Source: Raillietiella orientalis (lineage: Eukaryota). Taken from it: 64,000 nt of DNA. A model generated the notes under the pieces. The model was not told the origin of the DNA. It did no database searches and saw only the letters and a program-made list of their open reading frames with translations. Shown here in pieces: positions 27,877 through 39,760 of this stretch. How positions within the stretch are numbered: position 1 is the stretch's first letter; each line of letters begins with the position of its first letter. A program made the position numbers and the translations under genes. The stretch spans positions 2,790,001 to 2,854,000 of the forward strand of contig JAYWIR010000017.1 of assembly GCA_036172245.1 (NCBI GenBank), in the 5' to 3' direction.

Positions 27877-30552
27877 TTATGGGCACCTCACGAGAGGGCA
27901 GCACCTGCCCGGGATGGGCCCCGTCGAGGAACACGGCGGGGAGCGCGCCCTCCTCTCCTCCTCCCGGCAGCTCCGCAGTCGGCAACTGAGGGCGGGCGGC
28001 AGGACGCAGGAGCAGGTGATGCAGGGGTCGCCGGTGGGGACCTCCATCCCCAGAGGGACGCTGGAGTTGCCGTAGCTGCACCCGGATAGGGATCGGTCGG
28101 AGGAGCCGGGACCGCAGACCTCCAGGCAGCTCCTCAGGGTCGGGAAGTTGTTGGCGTTACCGCCGCAGCCCCCGTAGGAGAACTCCGTGCAGATCCCCAC
28201 CTCCGCGTCGTAGAAGAACCGCCGGATGCTCCAAGAGCAGCCGCCGGAGTCCGGAGACAGGGAGCAGATCCTCCTCCTGAAGGCTTCTGGAGGAGGAAGA
28301 GGTCCTCCCGTGTGGCAGGAGAGGAGAGGCTTACCGGCAAGCCGAGGGGGGCCTTGCACGATCTCCGGGGTCTTGCACACGCTCTCGCAGAGGCGGAGGG
28401 AGACGAAGTTGTTCCCGTTCCCGCCGCAGCCCCCGTAGGCGAAGGGCTCGCACGACCGGGATGTGGCGTTGTAGGAATACCGGGGCAGCGACCCGCCGCA
28501 GGGGCCGCGGTCGGCGGTCGGCAGCGCGCAGGGGGAGGAGGAGCCGTCGTTGGCTGTGGCTGCCGCCGCGTCGTCCGGGGCGTCGTCCGCGGGTCCTGTC
28601 GCATCCTCTTTCGGAGACAGCCGTCAGGCAGGGTGGGAGGGCGGGGAGGAGGAGCGAGGCTCCCGGAGGCAGCATCGCTCTTGACTCACCTGGAGCGGAC
28701 GCCCCGAGGGAGTCCGAGCACCGCGACTCGCAGAGGTCGTGGGACGGGAAGTTGTTGCCGTTACCGCGGCAACTGCCGTACGCGAAGGGGACGCACCGTC
28801 CCTCCGTGTGGTTGTAGGAGTACCTCGTCTCCTCCTGGAGGCACTCTCCTCGGTCCTGGGGGAGCCGGCAAGGGTCTGGAAGAAGAAAGAGGAGGAGAAA
28901 GAAGAACGGCAGCGAAGACGAGGACGCTGGCGGCTGTGAGGAGGAGGCAGAAAGGGGGAGGGAAAGGGGAGTAGGTAGAAGGGGGGAATATGGAGGGGGA
29001 ACGGCTAAAGGAATGACGACGGCCGAGGAAGAGGAAGGAAGGGACAGACTCCTCTCCACCCACCCATTCCTTTAGCAGGCGGCGGCCGCTCCTGCAGCTA
29101 ACCTGTGAGCTTCGGTCGGGTGCTGCCGGGAAAGCACATCCTGTTGCACGCCTCCTCAGTCAGGAAATTGTTCCAGCTGCCGCCGCATCCCCCATAGGCG
29201 AACTTCCTGCACCCTCCCGAGGACGGGTCGTAGAAGTAGCGCTCCAGGGACAGCTTGCAGGGCCCGGAGTCTGGCCGCATGCTGCAAATCACTGGGGCGC
29301 CTCGGGGCTGGCGACCTGACGCCTGGAGGGGGAGCGATTACGTGTGCGCCAGCGCTGCTCCGGCGCGGGGCCGTCCCGGACGGGCGCCTCCGGCCCCTGC
29401 TCTTCTCTTCCTCGACCGCCGCAGCGGGCCTCGCACTGGTTCCTGGAGCCGAAGTTGTTCTGGTTCCCATGGCAGCCGCCGTATGAAAACGGCAAACAGC
29501 CTCCTTCTTCCTCGCTGTAGTACCACCTACGGTCCTTTCGCCGGCACGGACCCGCGTCGGCGGGCAGCAGGCACAGGGGCGCGCCAGCGTCTTCCACGCA
29601 GAGGGACTCGCACCGCTCTAGGCTCGGGAACCGGTTGCCTGTGCTCCCGCATCCGGAGTAGTCGAAGGCCTCGCAACGGTTCGATGTGGCGTTGAAGAAG
29701 AAGCTCGGGATGCTGGCGGCGCAGGGCCCGCGCTCTGGCATCTGCAGACAGGCCACTGGAAGACGGCAGAGATGGCAGCGCACACGAGAGCGGGAGAAAC
29801 GTACGCGGCGTGGAGGCTGCTGCTGCTCCTCTTCCCAGGGAGTCCGCCGTCAGCCAGCGGAGGGGGCAGCACTCTCGGAAAGAGTATACCGGGACATCTC
29901 CCGCCTCCAAGTGGCGCTGGTAGTCGGCCGAGCCGGTGGAGCAGCGTTCGTCCGCGCAGCGTGGGCCGTCTGGCCCGGTGAAGAGGTCGGTGCAAAGGCA
30001 CCTCCTGCAGGGACGGTCCGGGAAGGGGATGACGCTCTTCGTCGGATACGTGGTCCCCCCACTGGCGCACCCTGCGGGCGCCCGCGAGGAGGCGTTGGCG
30101 GCGCAACTCAGCTCCGGGCAGCACTTGCCCGGAACGAAGCGCTCGACACAGCCGGGGGGCCTAACCTCCTGGCAGGACACTCGCGCGCAGGAGACCCGGA
30201 GCAGCTTCCAGCCACCCTCCCAGTAGGGCTCGCACGTACATTCCGTCTGGCAAGGGTCGGAGGAGGTCACGGGGCTCCCCTCGGAGTACCTATTGCCCTC
30301 GTGGACGCAGAACCCTTTCGTCTCGGGGCAGTCAAAGCGGGAGGGACAGCAGCCGCTGCCGTTGACGACCTGGGGACTGCACCCCCTCTGGCGGTAGTGC
30401 TCGTAGATCGCCTTCTCGCAGGAACCGCCGCAAGCCAAGCGGGGAACTGGGAGACGAAAGAAAGGGTAGGGAGGCTGTCCGGGAAGAAGGGGGAATGCCC
30501 TCCCTCCTTCCTCCCACGCGGGTCGCGCAGGGAAACCGACGACGCGGCAACG

Positions 30553-30589
<37 letters not shown>

Positions 30590-31703
30590 GGAACAGGAGG
30601 AGGCGGAAGGGAGGAGAAGGAGGAGGAAAGGAGGGAGGGTCCGGGTCGTGGGGCAGGAAGGGGCAGAGGGAAGCCCTCCCCCCTCCCCATGCACTGACCG
30701 TGCACGTCGTCCGCCCGCCGGCAGAAGGCGGCGCAGTACTCCCGCGTCGGGAAGTTGTTCAGGTTGCCACGGCAGCCGGTGTACAAGAACGGTTCGCAGG
30801 TCCCTCTCCGCGCGTCGTGATAGTAGCGCTTCCGCGAATGGAAGCAGCTCCCTTCCTCCTTCGGGAGGGAGCAGATGCGGGCCCTCCTCTCCGGCTCGCA
30901 GATCTTGGAGCACTCCAGCTCGCTGGAGAACAGTGCGTCCCTCCGGGCGCACTTGGCGTGACGGAACGGGACGCATTTCCCCAGCGTCCGGTTGTACACG
31001 AACGCCCTCACGCTCGAGACGCACTGGGGAGAGTCGCCGTGCTCGGGATCGGCGCCGCTGCCGCTGCACGCCTCGGGGAGGGGAGCTCCCACTTTTCCGG
31101 GGCGACCGGGCCGCTCCGCTCCCGGTGAAAGCACGGCACTCGCTTCCCGGAAGGGTTTCATGAGGGGGCCGCAGGCTTCCACGCAAGATTCCCAAGTGAG
31201 ATAATTGTTCTCGTTCCCTCCACAGCCTCCGTACACAAAATGGCTGCAAGCATTTTTCCTGAAATCGAAAAAGAATCTGTGCTCAGTACCGGAACAGGGA
31301 CCGGGATCGACCGGCAGCAGACACGCTTCCAGCTTTGAAGCCGCGCCGCTTCGAATGTACGCGAAACTGCAGACGTCCGAGCACTCCAGCGCCGACGCAA
31401 AATTGTTGCTGTTGCCCTGGCAGCCGGAGTAGACGAAGCTCTCGCACGCGCCGGTGCCGTTGTCAAAGTAGTAGCGCAGGTGCCTGCCGGAGCAGGTGCC
31501 TCCCTCGGCGGGCTGGCTGCACCGGTGCGCGGTCCTGGTGACGCAGTAGCGCTCGCACGCTTCCCGGGTGTCGAAGCGGTTCTGGTTGCCTGCGCAACCT
31601 CCATACACGAACCGCTGGCAGCTCTGCCGGCTTCCGTCGAAGTAGAATCTGTACTGGTAATTCTTGCAAGCCCCTCCGTCCTTGGGCTGCTCGCAAAGGT
31701 CTC
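27877..31703 (-). CDS. Multidomain Kunitz/BPTI + VWC-like protein (11 Kunitz incl. one degenerate, 3 VWC-like), ~1040 aa without its first exon; exons 30699..31703, 29805..30446, 29342..29755, 29103..29291, 28690..28875, 28335..28607, 27877..28286; 5' exon unresolved
   Basis: Repeated C-x8-C...(F/Y)xYxGC-x-GNxNxF-x5-C-x3-C Kunitz signatures; VWC-like CxC..C..CCP modules at ~29850-30430 and ~27880-28085. All six internal introns are GT-AG phase 1 and keep the frame; TAA at 27877-27879. Confidence 0.9.
30555..30586 (+). repeat. (GA)n microsatellite in Kunitz-gene intron
   Basis: Direct observation; reads as a (CT)n polypyrimidine tract on the coding strand. Confidence 0.9.
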
Positions 31704-33380
31704 CTGCAACGAGAGGGAAGAAAAGTGAGGACGCAGGGGCGGGATGCTGCGAGAGATCGCGCGCGCGCGCCTTTCCTCCGGGAGCACGATCCGGGGGGGG
31801 GGGGGAACGAATGCAGATGGTCATTTCGTTCCTGCGAAGGATCATCTGCACCTTCGACCGTCCATCCAAGGTTGCAGGCGGCGTTCCCCGGCTCGGAGCG
31901 CCGAAACGGAAAGGAGCAAGCGGATATGGAAGGCAGAGATGCGCGCAGGATGGGGAAAGGGAGGAGGCGGCGGCATCTCAACGCGGAGCGGGGCCGGACG
32001 ACGACGGAGATTCTCCGTTTGCCTGAAGTCGCTCCAGCCGACTAAGAGAGATCGCTGTGTTGGAGGCGACCAATGGCCGATGGCGAATACCAAAGTTGAG
32101 CGCGCTGATACGGACCCTCACATTACATGCAGCAGAGGAAAAGAGGTGTGCCAACATCGTGACTTCACGGAACAGAACACCATTGAGGACCTCAGGAACA
32201 AGAGGGAAGCTAGAAAAGGTGCAGAGTTTCAAGGATGTGTAGAGGATGTCTGTCTGTGTGTGTGCGTTTTTTCTTCTCACTTGGCTGGGTAAATCCAGCA
32301 GATATACGACCGTGATGCACGATACCACTTGAGTACAAAGATAGCTAAGCGCGATGACCTCACCGCGGCTCCTGCGGAAGAGAGGAACCTTGTTTTGTAA
32401 TTGTCTGGCTGCTCCGAGTGCCTTTCCTTTGGTTTTCTTTGCCAAGCAAGTTTTGATAAGTCTCCCTCTCTGTGTTTCAGATGCCGCCTCTGCCTCTTCG
32501 AGTGTCAGACGCGTCGGTGGGCTTCTGACGAGATTCAGCGATTCCTGGACCAAGCGGAAGCCGATCAGCGCTGCTCTTCAGCCAACGCCCAAGTGATGCC
32601 GACGGAGGAGGTGTGCAGAGCTCGAAATTTTCTTTGCCTTCCTTGATCCCTGTCGAGCGCTTTGTTTCTGTTCTCCCCTCCCTAGCATTCTTCCGGCAAA
32701 TGGCGAGCGATGTCTTCGCATCCCTCGCTCGAGGAACGAAAGGTGGAGTGGGTACCACGGCAACTGTCAATTGGATAACAGTGTCTTTAAATCAAGTGCA
32801 TTTGCCAAGGAGCGTGGAGACACGTGGAGGCGTACATGTGTTCTACTAGCCACTCCGGTGGGGCGAAAGCCCGTGCTGTCAAAGCAATAAAAAAGAGGGT
32901 CTACTGCAAAATCCCGTCAGGACTGAAAAACCAGCAAGCAGGCAAATACAAGAGCTCGCATCTGGAAGCATAAAACAAAACAAAGGATGCGAAAAAGGGA
33001 AAATCTTTTGCTGCTTCGAGGATGGAAAATCTGTCCAGCAGAACTGATGATTTTTCAAGTAGAAAATGGCGGCAGTTTTTGGGAGTTGCTCACGAGCTGA
33101 CCACATCAAAGGCATGAATGGAGACAAAGATGACCAGCAGATTTGGTGTTTCTAACTGGAAAATTCCAGAACGAGGAGCTCACGTCTCCTTGATCCGAAT
33201 CATGTTGATTTCGGGAGTTGATGAAGAATCAGTACACGAATGCTGAAGCTGCAATCGACAAGGAGAACCGAAGGCACGGTGCCATCGACAAGCAGGTCTT
33301 TTCGGGAGACGGTTCGAAGAGCCGGAACGAAGCTCATTCCCGCGACCTAGGGTCAGGATGGTCGATTGTTCCTGCAGACG

Positions 33381-33443
33381 CGAGGAAACACTGAGGTGCC
33401 GGAAACTTCGTGCAGCAGTTTCCGGCATTTCAGTGTTTCCTCG
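33381..33443 (+). ncRNA. Candidate pre-miRNA-like hairpin (left IR arm)
   Basis: 27-bp stem CGAGGAAACACTGAGGTGCCGGAAACT / AGTTTCCGGCATTTCAGTGTTTCCTCG with two G-U pairs and a 9-nt loop; no expression evidence. Confidence 0.3.
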
Positions 33444-34700
33444 AGCGCCTTCCGAGAACACCTCATCCGAGCGTGATTTGGAATGTTCGCCACAGAATCC
33501 TCTGATCAGCTGATTCACCATCTCGGGATGCTTTCTCAGTGTATCTCGGAATCTCTTTGCGGGCTAACGCTTAGCATCGGTCGTCTTCAGTTCCGTTTCG
33601 GCTCTGAGAGAAGAAGAGCATCCGAGAGTCAAGAGAGTCGCGCACCCGAGCTTCACACGAAACGCTTCGTCGAAATGAAAAATTCCCACCAGCCCAGGTG
33701 AATACAAGAGACACACCGGAGCACCTGACGCAGGAAGCAGGTAATGAGCAAGATGCTCGACTTGTGAATCTTCTCGGATCCCACTAAGTGGAGTCAAGCT
33801 GCCTCCTGTTGAGTTGTTTTCTCGGAGAAGTTATTTAGGCTGATACCCAAAGTATCGGAAAGCATTTTTTTTTAAAAAACAACAACAGATTGTATGGCCA
33901 ATTCTGGTCTCTAGGCAACGATGAAGAAAAACACAAGTGTCGTTGTCGGAAGAGCACTGTTATCTAAATACTGCGTCCTATGCTAACCCAAGACGACTGC
34001 TACGAGAAGAAGAGAAGGAAGCTGGTTTCCCGCTTGAATCTTTTCCCTTGCAGAAGAGCGAGGACTTCAAAAGACCTGCGTTCATGCGAAGATGATCTTC
34101 GGAAAGGTACAAATCAGATGTACTGGGCTGCACGGAAGCTGTTCTGCTTAAATGAGTTCTCGAGCTGCAGTTTCGAAGAGAATATGGGCGTGCCGGTCAC
34201 CCACGAGATTCTTCGAAAGCGCGTGCTTTTTCCGGGAGGGCAATCGGAGGGATTCGGGAGTCTCGCGGCGAAACGACAGCGTTGCCATACGAACTTCCGG
34301 GAGCTAAGAAAATAATTTCTATCGGGATCCTCTATCTCATGGAGCCTTTTATCTGTTTGAGCAGCGATAAGGCCTTCTGAGCACCACCAGACAGGGACAA
34401 ATGGGGGCCGCGGAAAGAGGGAGCGAAACTCGCTGGAAGTAGCAGGAGATTCCGAAGAAACTCGAGAACGCAAGGATGCAACTCTTCTGGACCTAAGTGC
34501 TCGGAAGCGCAAAGTAAAAGTTAGAGATCGACGCGGCAAATCAGGAGCACAGAGAGCGGTTCCCATGTAAAGACCAGGTGCGGAAGAGCAAAACGATTCC
34601 GAGATACATCGAAAACATCCCGAGATGGCGAATCAGCTGATCAGAGGATTCTGTGGCAAACATTCCAAATCACGCTCGGACGAGGTGTTCTCGGAAGGCG

Positions 34701-34767
34701 CGCGAGGAAACAGTGAAGTGCCGGAAACTGCTGCACGAAGTTTCCGGCACCTCAGTGTTTCCTCGCG
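34701..34767 (-). ncRNA. Candidate pre-miRNA-like hairpin (right IR arm)
   Basis: Paralogous 29-bp stem with one G-U pair, one mismatch and the same 9-nt loop on the minus strand; no expression evidence. Confidence 0.3.
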
Positions 34768-37700
34768 TCTGCAGGAACAATCGACCATCCTGACCCTAGG
34801 TCGCGGGAATGAGCTTCGTTCCGGCTCTTCGAACCGTCTCCCGAAAAGACCTGCTTGTCGATGGCATCGTGCCTTCGGTTCTCCTTGTCGATTGCAGCTT
34901 CAGCATTCGTGTACTGATTCTTCATCAACTCCCGAAATCAACATGATTCGGATCAAGAGGCAGATCGACTTTTTCGTGACCTGACAAAGGGGAAGGTCAA
35001 TTTTCGGTGCATAGGAACGTGAGCTCCTCGTTCCAGGGTTTCCCAGGAAGAAGCATCAAACGTTCCAGTTAAGAGGATATCAATCCAGAACGAACGACGT
35101 ACAGCAAGCCTTTCTGAGTTCAGAAGATTTAGACTCACAATTCACCATCTCGTACCATTTTCTCCATTTCAAATTAGTGACCTCTTCTTTCTTTTTTTTC
35201 TTTTTTAATACATGTATACCCTGAATCTAAAGGTGAAGAAGAGAATCGGAAAAAAGAAAATCCCCGAATTGGTAACCTTCTTTTTAGCTTCCGTCCCTGC
35301 TTTTAGGAAATTCGTATAGAATTTCGGAGCGGATGCCGGTTTAGGAGAACGCTCAGTGTACGAGCATTTCCCGAATCCTCATCGCTGCCGAAGGGCACTG
35401 CGCGCTAACGGTCAGGCAAGGAGCTCGCAGAAATGGAAATGCTTGCTGCTAAAGGGAAGAAACGGAGCGAAAAGAGTCCCGATATCAAGGTGGAAGATTC
35501 CGCTCTTGAATCTCCCAGGAGGAGAAAACCGCAGACTTTCCACTCAAGGAATCGAGATGACCAGCGGCTGCCCAGCCGGTGGACCCAATCAAAGGTTCGA
35601 CCGTGAAGATGAATTCCCCCAGTCGAGCTGGAATGCGCCTTTAGCAATGAGGGCACCAAGCGGTGGTGAAACCCGTACTTGTCGCTCAGAGAGGACAGGG
35701 TCAGAAAGCGTCTCCCAGCGTAACTTTGGTAATCGAAGGGCTAGCATCTCCTGGGAAATCCTCGAGAGCAGTGGACAGGACATTCCTCTTCGTACTCGAA
35801 GAGGAAGACTGTTGACGCCAGTCTTTCTCTTCGAGTATCTGAGTGATCCTCCTCCGTGAAGAGAGAGAGAGAACAACGATGAAGAAAGGTGCATGGAGCA
35901 TCCTCTGGCTGAGTTTGCATCCTCCTCACTCGATCTTTTCTCCAAAAGCAGATGGAATTCGAAGAGAAAAGGAAGGGTAAGGTCGAGCGGATCCATTGTT
36001 GACCGGCCACATCCACTACACATCTCGACAAACAGCCCCAGAAATCGGTTCCTGAGCATGGGAAGCGGAGCTCCTGAAATTTCGGGCGACATCCCTTACC
36101 CGGTTCGTTTCCCGCGGGCTGTTCAGAAACCGGGATTCCCCTGAGACCTTGACGGTTTTTTCTTCCTTTCTCGTGTGCACATTGATCAACCGTTCCACTC
36201 CTAGCAATGAGGTGAGTGGCACCTGGTTCTCGCCTGCAAAGGGGGTGAACTGGACATTTCTTTCTTGAGTTGCAGAAGAGCACGCAGGGGCGGAGATGAA
36301 ACCGACCTTGACCGGAAGGTCGATTCCTCAAGAGAAAAGTAGACATCGAACCTCACTGTCCGAGGATCGCAGGAGAGCAGGGAGTCGGTGGATGCATCCC
36401 TCCTGTTTCGGGAATGCCGCTGGAGCGGTCGAGCGAGGGGATGCGATGTGAACGGTGGACGGAGCAGAAGAGTGTCACTTGAAACCCTCTTTTGCTGATC
36501 TCGCTTTCGCGTTCATCCCAGAGAACGCGGGAAAACACGCGTAGAGATCCGAGGAAAGAAGCAAATGGCCGCTAGATGGAAGTGGAAATTGCGAAAATGG
36601 GGGAGACACAAAACAACCCACAGATGCACAGGAATTTCAGCTGCAGATGAAACCAACGAGAGATTTGAAGTTGGAACTCTTTGGAACGGGAACTTAATTT
36701 CATGGTGCCAGGCCTGAGTCCTAGTGCATCGCGTCGACAGTGCTCGCCTGGAGACATCGCACGTGGCTCACTACTCTCGCTAATTTGGGGGGGGACAGTG
36801 TATCTATCCCCTGGGTAGCTGATTACGGAACGGGAATCCGGGAGCTTCTCGGATGCAAGCTCTCGGGGATGTTTTGCTTCTGGGTGCTTGGAATCCGGAA
36901 AGAGCAGCACCAAAAAGGAACCAAAGCCGTTGCCATGGCTGCGGGAAAATCGTGTTGTTCGAGTCTTCACACCGTTGACGAAATTCTCGTCGGAAGGATT
37001 CGTCCGCTCCCCAGAAGAGAAGAGTCGATTTTCTCGGCCTTCGTCGTGTTCCTCTCATGGGATTCCATTGCACTGACTTTTCCTCTTCCTGCGTCATACC
37101 GGCTGCTGCGATCGCGACAACGGCTGCAGCATCAGTGCATGAAACACTGGTTCCGAAGGCTACGTTTCCATTCACGTTGGTCACTCGTGCGGAACAAACC
37201 TTCAGGCCATTTCTGTGCTCACCTTCGAACTTTAAATCCCTGGATGTCCATTTTATAAGACAGGAACCTGAGATGGAACCATACAAGGAGCACATGGGAA
37301 GTGTTCCTTTTCATTTTTTTCTCTGCAGGGCATCAGTTTCGCTCAATTGTCGAGCTCGGAAGATTCTGTTGGGCACCATTGAAGTGAGAAAATGAGAAAC
37401 TGATCGAAGAGACGAGCATTCGCCTCTTCTGCTGCTCCACTGCTCTTCCTCGCTCAAAACTTGGAGCACATTTATATTGCGAAGAGCTTCGTCCCCTTAC
37501 ACGGTGCTCTTCAACGCTGTCCACGCCATCCGAGGGTGCATGTAACTTTTCGAGCTAGGGGTGACCTCGTAGTGATCGCCCTATGAATCCGAGAGGGGCT
37601 CCGGAGAAGGGAGTCCGTTCCTCTCATGCCTGGAGAGGGATCCCCGAAGGGAACCCTCCACCCTGGTTGTGCCCGAAGGGAAGCTCGAAGGGGACCTCTT

Positions 37701-38060
37701 CCTCGTTCCCTTCGAAGGGACTCCCGGTTTGTGGAGGCCGCTCTTTTTCTTCTCCGAAAGGAATCTGGAAAAGATCCGCTCCTGGAATTTCCTCTCCGGA
37801 GGGATCCCTCCCAAGGGAATGGCTCCTCCTTCATTCCTCTGAAGAGCACCTCGAAGGAAGGCTTTTCATTTAATAATTTGGGAAGCTCCTGTCTGATAGA
37901 AAGCTCTTGCTCCCTTTTATTCTTTACTTTTATGGCAATCGCAGCGCGTTTCTTCGAGTTGTTCTGGCAGGAGTGCTGCTGCAATCTCCTCACAGATGGA
38001 CCCATCGTCTCAGCTCTAAACTCTGATTTTTTTTAAATTTTCATCCCCCACTTCTGGAGC

Positions 38061-38091
<31 letters not shown>

Positions 38092-39249
38092 CTCATCCTG
38101 CTTCGTTTATTTAAGGAAGTGCGAGGATGCGGCAAAAGATCTCCTTGGATGAAATACACTCCACAATGATCCTACATCGACACATCCTGCATTCGTACTC
38201 AAAGTTAACTCAGTGCGAAGGAAGACAAGTTTCAAAGATGAACAAAAAGCCGTTCGGCATTCCAGTTCCCTCATCTCTTGGTGTACAGAGAGTCCGCGCA
38301 TCCGAAGTCTATTGGAAAACTTTCCAAAAAAGGCGGTCCGGGAGGACAACACAAGCGTAGAGCAATCTAAATGCAAGAATGTTTTCCATCGCATTTCAAA
38401 AATTCGTGATCGGGTCCGAAACAGGAGATGAATTGCGCTCATCGAGATCACAATGCTGTGGTTATCTTTTGATGGTTTCCTCGAATTTTTTTTTTTATCA
38501 CGGAATTCACTTTCTGGGCACTTCTTTCGTATGCACCACTCTCCAGCCCTCCAGATGTCAACTCTATCCTTATCACACATCGTCTGCACATCCATTTTAG
38601 CTCGATAATTGCCCCTGTGCACGACTCGACAGCAGCCAACATTCCTTTTGCCCTGGGGCATGTCCTTTTCTCTTTTTCATATGGCTCTTTGAAACTAGGC
38701 AGAGAGGCATTTTTCGAGCCTTTCTTTCAGTTGAGTGTTCTCGATGCTCAGAGCTTTATTTCCTGCTTCCAAAGGTCTTCCAAGGTGACAAGAACTAGCA
38801 ATACGTGACCATCGTATTTCCAAATCTAATTGCACGCTGATTTCGAGATCCTTCGATTCCACTCGTTCGCGATGGCTTCATCATTGGACATCGACGTATC
38901 CCTTCGTGAAAGGATGTGATTTGAAAACTTTGCCGAAAATGAGTGGAAAGCAGCAACGTCAGCGAAAAGCACCAATGCTTATGTAACGAATTCCAGTGCT
39001 CCTCAGGACTACATGGACTACATAATGACATAACTCGAATAATGGTTTCCATGCCCCGATACCGATTGAGACCTTCGTAACCATTGCAGGGACTCACAGT
39101 AACACAAACTTTCTATCTGAAATATTTCATCTGTCGTTTTTTTTTTTTTCTTTTCACACTTCATTTGTTTTTTGTTTTTCTTTTCAGCGCAGGATAACAG
39201 AAAATGCAACAAGAACTAATATTTCTCCGACGGAGTGAATATTATGCTG

Positions 39250-39760
39250 CTACCTTCCAGGGTTTCAAAGGATGCTGACGCTCGTGCAAACCGGCACGCC
39301 AAAGAGATTTCAGATCACACATGGCGCTGCTTACAGAGCTCTCAAGATGAACCGAATTGTGGGCCGCCACCACATACACCGCAAAGACCACTGTTGGTCG
39401 TGAGGGCAAGCACCTGCACCACGGTCACACACACCCGTTTCAGCTTGGATCGCTCTTGGTGAGCTGCTTGGAACCCTATGCCCGTCGTTCGTGGTCGTCA
39501 GGACAAGCAAGAGTGGCAACTGAGACAGCAACCAGCACATGAATTTGGTAGGCTCTCGGACGAATAGAACAAAGCACCGGAGAGTCAAGACGCGTTGCGT
39601 TGCTACCAAAGGGAAGCGCCGAAAGTCATCCATCCGGAAATCATCAAAAGGTGGACACGCGGGGTCAGGTCGAAGGAAGTCACCCAGACAGTGAGGCGTG
39701 ACGAAGAAATAAAGTCAGTCTTAAAGGCGATGCTCCATCACCTGGACGGATCATCCTTTA
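39250..39760 (+). mobile_element. Decayed non-LTR retrotransposon 3' fragment, tentative
   Basis: 'HCWS*GQ' plus 'TVTHTRFS' across a frameshift resembles a zf-RVT CxxC...T..H..F motif; GC-richer patch. Confidence 0.3.

Larger units (their letters stand above)
33169..35033. repeat. Inverted duplication: arms 33189..33553 and 34595..34957 (plus outer 17-bp match 33169..33185 / 35017..35033), ~1-kb spacer
   Basis: The arms are near-identical reverse complements; ORF-track translations 33180..33521(-) and 34625..34984(+) are almost the same peptide. Confidence 0.95.

Noticed and set aside
29686..31128. 480-aa plus-strand ORF and other long overlapping ORFs at 26-32 kb
   Set aside because: Antisense or alternate-frame shadows of the GC-rich Kunitz gene; stop codons are rare at this composition.
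29527..31869. 780-aa ORF as a single-exon gene
   Set aside because: It reads through a stop-free 252-nt intron and runs out of frame past the donor at 29804; the spliced model explains the domains better.
32860..32873. GGGCGAAAGCCC GNRA hairpin suggesting a ribozyme
   Set aside because: Flanks do not fit hammerhead, HDV, twister or pistol consensus.
33180..34984. Twin 113/119-aa ORFs as a duplicated protein-coding gene pair
   Set aside because: No recognisable domain, Ser/Arg-rich composition, and similarity is explained by the DNA-level inverted repeat.
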